Made by a program: the position numbers and the translations under genes. A stretch of DNA of 25,384 nt from a virus. Lineage: Duplodnaviria > Heunggongvirae > Uroviricota > Caudoviricetes. The notes beneath the pieces are model-generated. The model did not search any database, was not told the origin of the DNA, and saw only the letters and a program-made list of their open reading frames with translations. Within the stretch, counting starts at the first letter, position 1. Each line of letters begins with the position of its first letter. The stretch lies in IMG/VR virus record IMGVR_UViG_2718218100_000015; one strand, 5' to 3'. Shown piece after piece: positions 18,466 to 25,384 of this stretch.

Positions 18466-19250
18466 TCATTGTGCGTCGATAATGTCGGCGTAACCGCACA
18501 CGACCATATTGCAGGATTTCCCGTTGAATTCACCATCATACCACTGGCAAAGAGGCATGCCGGACGACCCGCCCAATAGCTGGAGCCCTTCTCCCAAACC
18601 AAGGTTTTGAAGAGCCGTTTTCACCGTGCCGTCCGATTTGATATCGCCAAACGGATTCTTGCGGCTCAGGTATTCAACAGCAAACCCCGATCCCAGCAAT
18701 TCAACAAAACCGGGCAGATCACCATTATCAAGCACATCCCGTTGCGTTTTATCACTTACAAACTGGGCCAGAGCTGCAGCAATAAAGCTGGCCTGCCGAA
18801 TAACCTTATTGACTTGCGCACTGGATGCTTTCCCTGCTGTAAATCCGGATATAAGCGCAGGCAACGCTTCCCATTCCTCCTGCGACATAACATTGGCATT
18901 TCGATCAGTTGCAAACGCTTTAAAGTCATTTTTCGCCATCAGAGTAATACTCCCCATGCCCCTACATCAAAACCACTGATGAATTCGTTATCCATATCAA
19001 AACCAAAAAATTTAGAGCCTTCCGATGGAGTTTCCACCGAAGGTGTTTCAATGCCCCCCGCCCATACCCCGGCGGCTTTTACTGTTAGATACCCCTGTTT
19101 AATTGCCGCAATTAACTCACGCGATACATCTGAAATATCAGTATCAGGAAAGACCCAGACCGATATCGTCATGTCCTGGTTATCGATGTTGGCGATCCGA
19201 CGCATCTGCTCACGGTCAAAGTTAACCATCTGTGCGGCGATGTTTTTCAT
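18466..19250 (-). pseudogene. tail-fibre constant-region fragment fused to the first 21 codons of lambda-type P; internal frame break near 18939-18957
   Basis: ORF 18939-19250 starts MKNIAAQMVNFDREQMRRIAN (lambda P N-terminus) then switches to unrelated sequence; ORF 18466-18957 reads through the right crossover site. Confidence 0.45.
18574..18603. repeat. right crossover site (inverted repeat) of the Pin invertible segment
   Basis: ccaatagctggagcccttctcccaaaccaa; inverted copy of 16822-16852; lies inside the tail-fibre constant-region reading frame (...[12 protein letters not shown]...). Confidence 0.6.
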
Positions 19251-20169
19251 AAATCCACCCCGTAAATCCAGTCAGTGTTTGTCAGGTCGAGTTTTGGTTT
19301 GCTGGCTGTCACGCCTGCCTGTTGCTTGTTACGGTTGATTTCGAGCTGGGTCCACTTGTCGCGGAGTTTGGCCGGACTCAGCACGTTACCGGACCAGAAG
19401 TTGTCCTGGCAGGCCCAGCGGAAAAGCACACACATATCGCGGTGGTTACGTCCGTCACGTTCACGCATCAGGCGGATATCGTTAGCCCACCCAGCAAAAT
19501 TCGGTTTTCTGGCTGATGGCGCGATGGTCTTCACCATGTCAAACATCCACTCTGCGGCGGTCAGGTCTTCTGCTGTTCCCCACTTGCTGCCGCTCTGAAT
19601 TGCAGCATCCGGTTTAACCACAGAAAGATCGTTTTCTGGCTGGTCAGAGGATTCGCCAGAATTCTCGGACGAATAATCTTTTCTTTTTTCTTTTGTAATA
19701 GTGTCTTTTGTGTCCCCCTGTTTTGAGGGATAGCAATCCCCCAATTTGAGGGATAGCAATCCCCCAATTTGAGGGATGTTTTATCCCTCGTTTTAGGGGA
19801 TTTTCCCTCGTTTTGAGGGATACACCATTCTGAGATGTTTTTATTTGGTCCAAACATGCCGCCTTGCTGCTTGATAATATTCATTCTGACGAGTTCTAAC
19901 TTGGCTTCATTGCACCGTTTGACAGGTAACTTTGTAATCTCGCTAAGTTGAGAATCGGTGATTCTGTCCATTGGTTTATTCCACCCATAGGTTTTACGCA
20001 GAATGGCAAGCAGCACTTTAAACTGTCGCTTGGTCAGATCTGCGCCCGAATAAGCCTCAAGCAGCATATTTGATAGTCTGGCGTAACCATCATCGAGATC
20101 TGCCACATTACGCTCCTGTCCGGCAAAGTTACCTCTGCCGAAGTTGAGTATTTTTGCTGTATTTGTCAT
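19247..20169 (-). pseudogene. O: lambda-type replication initiator O, split by a frameshift inside the ori iterons
   Basis: N-terminal ORF MTNTAKILNFGRGNFAGQERNVADLDDGYARL... and C-terminal ORF ...NFWSGNVLSPAKLRDKWTQLEINRNKQQAGVTASKPKLDLTNTDWIYGVDL match lambda O; frames differ across 19742-19787. Confidence 0.85.
19721..19830. repeat. ori-lambda iterons (O-binding sites) with an extra tandem 23-bp copy
   Basis: Five iteron-like units on the minus strand where lambda has four; 19742-19764 and 19765-19787 are identical 23-mers (agcaatcccccaatttgagggat); AT-rich tract follows at about 19670-19720. Confidence 0.8.
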
Positions 20170-20179
20170 AATGACTCCT

Positions 20180-20256
20180 GTTGATAGATCCAGTAATGAC
20201 CTCAGAACTCCATCTGGATTTGTTCAGAACGCTCGGTTGCCGCCGGGCGTTTTTTA
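20180..20256 (+). ncRNA. oop: oop antisense RNA (about 77 nt)
   Basis: gttgatagatccagtaatgacc...gctcggttgccgccgggcgtttttt matches the recalled lambda oop RNA, ending in a GC hairpin plus T6; antisense to the cII 3' end. Confidence 0.7.
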
Positions 20257-20495
20257 TTGGTGAGAATCGCAGCAACTTGTCGCGCCAATCGAGCCATGTC
20301 GTCGTCAACGCCCCCCCATTCAAGAACAGCAAGCAGCATTGAGAACTTTGGAATCCAGTCTCTCTTCCACCTGCTGATCTGCGACTTATCAACTCCCACA
20401 GCTTCCGCTGTCTTCTCAGTTCCAAGCATTGCGATTTTGTTAAGCAACGCACTCTCGATTCGTAGAGCCTCGTTGCGTTTGTTTGCACGAACCAT
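20202..20495 (-). CDS. cII: lambda-type CII transcriptional activator (97 aa)
   Basis: MVRANKRNEALRIESALLNKIAMLGTEKTAEAVGVDKSQISRWKRDWIPKFSMLLAVLEWG...; ATG at 20493-20495. Confidence 0.9.
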   Translation of the reverse strand: MVRANKRNEALRIESALLNKIAMLGTEKTAEAVGVDKSQISRWKRDWIPKFSMLLAVLEWGGVDDDMARLARQVAAILTNKKRPAATERSEQIQMEF

Positions 20496-20574
20496 ATGTA
20501 AGTATTTCCTTAGATAACAATTGATTGAATGTATGCAAATAAATGCATACACCATAGGTGTGGTTTAATTGGAT

Positions 20575-20589
20575 GCCCTTTTTCAGGGC
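20575..20589 (-). promoter_or_regulatory. nutR boxB hairpin
   Basis: gccctttttcagggc (rc GCCCTGAAAAAGGGC) between cro and cII. Confidence 0.6.
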
Positions 20590-20613
20590 TGGAATGTGTA
20601 AGAGCGGGGTTAT

Positions 20614-20823
<210 letters not shown>

Positions 20824-20840
20824 TTAGTACATGCAACCAT

Positions 20841-20904
20841 TATCACCGCCAGAGGTAAAGTAGTCAACACGCGCGGTGTTAGATATTTATCCCTTGCGGT
20901 GATA
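20841..20904. promoter_or_regulatory. OR1-OR2-OR3 operators with divergent PR/PRM promoters
   Basis: 17-bp sites tatcaccgccagaggta (20841-20857), caacacgcgcggtgtta (20865-20881), tatcccttgcggtgata (20888-20904) between cro and cI. Confidence 0.85.
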
Positions 20905-20911
20905 GATTTAA

Positions 20912-21628
<717 letters not shown>

Positions 21629-21755
21629 TAGGAAGTAAGTTTTATGTTGACGGCACAGTCAACTTGGCATAGATTAATTAAACCAAGCCCAGCCCCGTTC
21701 GCAGACAATTGTTAATATCTGCATAACGGCTCTGGGCTATTTTTTTGGGACTCTT

Positions 21756-22612
21756 ATGAAGAAAGCAGCAATTTTAATTGATGCGGGTTTTTTCATGCAG
21801 CGTGTTCATGCTACGCATCGTAAACACTTCGCCGAGCATGAACTGACTGTGCAATGCATAATGAAAGTAATATGGTCAATGGTTCTTTCCCATCTTAATG
21901 GAAAACGTCAATCACAAGAACGTAGGGAACCGCTTGAGCTTTATAGAATTTACTTCTATGACTGTCCACCACTCGACATTCAAACACGCCTTCCACTTCC
22001 TGAGCCTGGCAATAAGACGCCTGGTCGCAAGAATTTCAAACTCGAAAAATCATATATTCTGAGAACGGAGCTGCATGAAGAGTTAAGAAAAACTCGAAAA
22101 ACAGCCTTAAGATTAGGGAATCTTGTTGATAATAAGCGATGGCAACTAACTACATTCTCCCTTGATGCTCTGATGAAAGGAACGAAAAAATGGGATGAAC
22201 TGACAAATGATGTTTTTACTATGACATCAAACAAAAACAAGTTGATATCAAGCTAGGGATGGATATCACGACTTTAGCTTATGAAAAACTTGTTGATGTA
22301 ATTGTCCTTGTTGCTGGGGACTCAGACTTTGTGCCTGCCGCCAAACACGCCAGAATTAAAGGTATTGATTTTATTCTTGATCCACTAAGACAGAATGTTA
22401 CCCCATCACTGTCAGAGCACATTGATGGAGTTCAGTCATACAGCTTGATATCAGGACTTGCCGATGCTTTACATGTTGAGCCAGACCCGGCACCTGACTG
22501 GTGGGAAGATCGAAAAAAAGGCAAGCCTAGAGGAAAAAACAATAGCGGTAAACGCAGGTATGGAAACACTCAAGCTGAGTCTGCAAAGAAACATCAAAGA
22601 AATAAACGATAA
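21756..22612 (+). pseudogene. NYN/LabA-like (PIN-fold) domain protein in the position of lambda rexAB; split into 166-aa and 117-aa ORFs by a frameshift near a T5 run
   Basis: ORF1 begins MKKAAILIDAGFF; the second frame reads ...KQVDIKLGMDITTLAYEKLVDVIVLVAGDSDFVPAAKHARIKGIDFIL; the frames overlap across 22211-22256 with T5 at 22213-22217. Confidence 0.55.
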
Positions 22613-22733
22613 TCCCATCAACCCGGCCACCGAGCCGGGTTTTCTTTGCCTCTCGATCGCCCCACCTAAAAACACATAATGAACCGCCCCGGAAATCCTG
22701 GAGACTAAACTCCCTGAGAAAGAGGTAAACAGG

Positions 22734-23060
22734 ATGACTAAAAATACTCGTTTTTCCCCCGAAGTCCGTCAGCGGGCGATTCGTATGGTTCTGGAAAGTC
22801 AGGATGAATATGACTCACAGTGGGCGGCAATTTGTTCCATTGCCCCAAAGATTGGCTGTACGCCGGAGACTCTGCGTGTCTGGGTTCGCCAGCATGAGCG
22901 GGATACCGGGGGCGGTGATGGTGGGCTCACCAGCGCTGAACGTCAGCGTCTGAAAGAGCTGGAACGTGAAAATCGTGAACTGCGCCGCAGTAACGATATC
23001 CTTCGCCAGGCTTCCGCTTATTTTGCGAAGGCGGAGTTCGACCGCCTCTGGAAAAAATGA
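22734..23060 (+). CDS. IS629 transposase OrfA (108 aa)
   Basis: [60 protein letters not shown]... with HTH and leucine-zipper-like C-terminus. Confidence 0.85.
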   Translation: MTKNTRFSPEVRQRAIRMVLESQDEYDSQWAAICSIAPKIGCTPETLRVWVRQHERDTGGGDGGLTSAERQRLKELERENRELRRSNDILRQASAYFAKAEFDRLWKK

Positions 23061-23947
23061 TGCCACTGCTGGATAAGCTGCGTGAGCAGTACGGGGTCGG
23101 ACCGGTATGCAGCGAACTGCATATTGCCCCGTCAACGTATTACCATTGTCAGCAACAGCGACATCATCCGGATAAACGCAGTGCCCGTGCGCAGCACGAC
23201 GACTGGCTGAAGAGAGAGATACAGCGCGTATACGATGAAAATCATCAGGTGTACGGTGTGCGTAAAGTCTGGCGTCAGTTGTTACGGGAAGGAATCAGGG
23301 TGGCCAGATGTACAGTGGCACGTCTCATGGCGGTTATGGGACTTGCCGGTGTTCTCCGGGGTAAAAAGGTCCGTACGACCATCAGCCGGAAAGCCGTTGC
23401 CGCAGGCGACCGCGTAAACCGTCAGTTCGTGGCAGAACGACCTGACCAGCTGTGGGTGGCTGATTTTACTTACGTCAGCACATGGCAGGGCTTCGTCTAT
23501 GTGGCGTTTATCATTGATGTGTTTGCCGGATACATCGTGGGGTGGCGGGTCTCATCGTCTATGGAAACGACATTCGTGCTGGATGCGCTGGAGCAGGCGT
23601 TGTGGGCCCGTCGTCCGTCTGGCACCATCCATCACAGCGATAAAGGCTCTCAGTATGTGTCACTGGCCTATACGGAGCGACTAAAAGAAGCCGGATTACT
23701 GGCATCAACAGGGAGTACAGGCGACTCGTATGACAACGCGATGGCTGAGAGCATCAATGGTCTTTACAAAGCGGAGGTAATACACCGTAAGAGCTGGAAA
23801 AACCGTGCAGAAGTGGAACTGGCCACACTAACGTGGGTGGACTGGTATAACAATCGACGATTGCTGGGAAGGCTGGGCCATACTCCTCCGGCAGAAGCAG
23901 AAAAAGCTTATTATGCTTCCATCGGAAACGATGATCTGGCAGCCTGA
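23057..23947 (+). CDS. IS629 transposase OrfB (DDE integrase-like catalytic domain), expressed as OrfAB by -1 frameshift
   Basis: ...[31 protein letters not shown]...[11 protein letters not shown]...[19 protein letters not shown]... shows the D, D, E catalytic spacing; overlaps orfA in the -1 frame. Confidence 0.85.
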   Translation: MMPLLDKLREQYGVGPVCSELHIAPSTYYHCQQQRHHPDKRSARAQHDDWLKREIQRVYDENHQVYGVRKVWRQLLREGIRVARCTVARLMAVMGLAGVLRGKKVRTTISRKAVAAGDRVNRQFVAERPDQLWVADFTYVSTWQGFVYVAFIIDVFAGYIVGWRVSSSMETTFVLDALEQALWARRPSGTIHHSDKGSQYVSLAYTERLKEAGLLASTGSTGDSYDNAMAESINGLYKAEVIHRKSWKNRAEVELATLTWVDWYNNRRLLGRLGHTPPAEAEKAYYASIGNDDLAA

Positions 23948-24115
23948 GTTCACAGATAAAACACTCTCCAGGAAACCCGGGGCGGTTCATAACCAATTGT
24001 ATTTATTTTAAAATTAATAGGTGCAACTCACTAAACAACGCAATTCTGATCTCTCGATCACCTCCCAAGCCACACAACCCTGCAAAAAATAAATCTATAT
24101 AAAAAACATACAGAT

Positions 24116-24178
24116 AACCATCTGCGGTGATAAATTATCTCTGGCGGTGTTGACACAAATACCACTAGCGGTGATACT
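24116..24178 (+). promoter_or_regulatory. OL3-OL2-OL1 operators and pL promoter
   Basis: aaccatctgcggtgata, tatctctggcggtgttg, taccactagcggtgata; -35 ttgaca at 24150-24155 and -10 gatact at 24173-24178. Confidence 0.8.
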
Positions 24179-24217
24179 AAGCACATCAGCAGGACGCACT
24201 AACCACCATGAAGGTGA

Positions 24218-24248
24218 TGCTCTTAAAAATTAAGCCCTGAAGAAGGGC
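24218..24248 (+). promoter_or_regulatory. nutL (boxA tgctcttaa, boxB gccctgaagaagggc)
   Basis: boxA-like 24218-24226 and boxB hairpin 24234-24248 downstream of pL. Confidence 0.7.
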
Positions 24249-24405
24249 AGCATTCAAAGCAGAAGGCTTTGGTGTGTGTGATACGAAACGAAGCATTGGC
24301 CGGAAGTGCGAATCCGGATTAGCAGCCAATGTGCCATTGCGGGGTGTTTTCGTTCAGGACTACGACTCCCACACACAACCAAAGCTAACTAACAGGAGAA
24401 TCCAG

Positions 24406-24465
24406 ATGGATGCACAAACACGCCGCCGCGAACGTCGCGCAGAGAAACAGGCTCAATGGAAAGCA
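24406..24465 (+). pseudogene. N: lambda-type antiterminator N, first 20 codons only
   Basis: [20 protein letters not shown] then the frame reads into unrelated sequence and stops at 24519. Confidence 0.8.
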
Positions 24466-25384
24466 GATCGGATTCTGGCTTCAACATTTCGCAGGAATGC
24501 AACTAAGAGACATTACTGAATCAAAAATTTATTCAGCAATGCAGAAAATGACGAACCGGCGTCATGAGGAAAACTGGAAACTCAGGGCAGAAGCATGCAG
24601 AAAAAAAGGGAAACCTGTTCCAGAATACACGCCAAAACCAGCGTCCGTTGCAACGAAGGCTACGCATCTTTCATTTATAAAGGCCCTGCTAAGAGCCGCA
24701 GAGCGTGAATGGAAAATGCTCGATAAGGCACCAATTATTAAAGTGCCTCAACCAAAGAATAAACGGATCCGCTGGCTGGAGCCCCATGAAGCACAAAGGC
24801 TGATTGATGAATGTCCGGAGCCATTAAAGTCTGTTGTTGAATTTGCACTGGCAACAGGCTTAAGACGCTCGAACATCATCAACCTTGAATGGCAACAAAT
24901 AGATATGCAGCGCCGGGTGGCATGGATAAACCCGGAAGAGAGTAAATCAAACCGCGCAATTGGCGTTGCGCTGAATGATACTGCATGTCGCGTATTGAAA
25001 AAACAAATCGGTAATCATCACCGTTGGGTATTTGTGTACAAGGAAAGCTGTACCAAACCAGACGGAACGAAAGCGCCAACAGTAAGGAAGATGCGGTATG
25101 ACGCAAACACAGCCTGGAAAGCGGCGCTGAGACGGGCTGGTATTGATGATTTCAGATTTCACGACTTGAGACACACCTGGGCAAGTTGGCTGGTTCAAGC
25201 CGGAGTCCCGTTGTCAGTGTTACAGGAAATGGGAGGCTGGGAGTCTATCGAAATGGTTCGTCGATATGCTCACCTTGCACCTAATCACCTTACCGAACAC
25301 GCACGGCAAATAGACTCGATCCTGAACCCATCGGTCCCAAATTTGTCCCAGTCAAAAAATAAGGAAGGTACTAATGATGTGTAA
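24466..25384 (+). pseudogene. int: 5'-truncated lambdoid tyrosine integrase (arm-binding N-terminus missing)
   Basis: From [22 protein letters not shown]... to the end; catalytic motifs RxxR...[11 protein letters not shown]...VRRYAHL present; the ORF-track start at 24410 is an alternate frame of N'. Confidence 0.8.

Larger units (their letters stand above)
22680..23989 (+). mobile_element. IS629-like (IS3 family) insertion sequence, 1310 bp, apparently intact
   Basis: Terminal inverted repeats tgaaccgccccgg... (22680) and ...ccggggcggttca (23989); flanked by a direct TAA repeat (22677-22679 and 23990-22992 read as 23990-23992); orfA/orfB overlap at an A-rich slippery site. Confidence 0.85.

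Noticed and set aside
18607-19338. 243-aa plus-strand ORF (and nested 117-aa ORF 18626-18979)
   Set aside because: Antisense to the tail-fibre constant region and the P'/O junction; low-complexity composition; no start context. Considered a shadow ORF.
19721-19830. Short direct repeats that could be mistaken for a CRISPR array
   Set aside because: They are the 18-23 bp ori-lambda iterons inside the O gene, contiguous with no unique spacers and no cas genes; no CRISPR array is present anywhere in the window.
22259-22612. Treating the 117-aa ORF as an independent gene starting at ATG 22259
   Set aside because: NYN-domain motif sequence continues upstream of that ATG in the same frame (KQVDIKLGMDI), so it is more likely the 3' part of the frameshifted gene beginning at 21756.

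Overview
This window looks like an Enterobacterial (E. coli/Shigella-type) accessory region built from stacked, partly decayed mobile elements. All calls are made by eye from the sequence and the ORF track; no searches were run, and comparisons to phage lambda, P4, IS2, IS629 and tRNA genes rest on recollection of those references. (1) Positions 1-13048 hold a P4-like satellite prophage on the minus strand: alpha primase-helicase, three small ORFs, AlpA, a Sid-Psu-Ogr/Delta late operon with an upstream TGT-N12-ACA site, and a P4-type integrase abutting a 46-nt tRNA-Thr 3' fragment. The delta-to-int cargo slot (8379-11655, about 30% GC) carries the most interesting locus: a nuclease / small protein / SMC-like ATPase operon resembling Lamassu, but with interrupted reading frames. 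(2) 13250-15190 holds an IS2-group transposase remnant, an AraC-family regulator and a 62-nt tRNA-Ser 3' fragment. (3) 15129-25384 is a heavily deleted lambdoid prophage: GIY-YIG gene, Pin invertase with an invertible tail-fibre segment, a lambda-type immunity/replication block (P', O with ori iterons, oop, cII, cro, OR, cI), a NYN-domain gene where lambda has rexAB, an IS629 copy, and OL/pL/nutL/N' fused to a 5'-truncated integrase. No rRNA, intact tRNA or CRISPR array was found. Several gene disruptions sit at homopolymer runs and could be assembly errors rather than biology.
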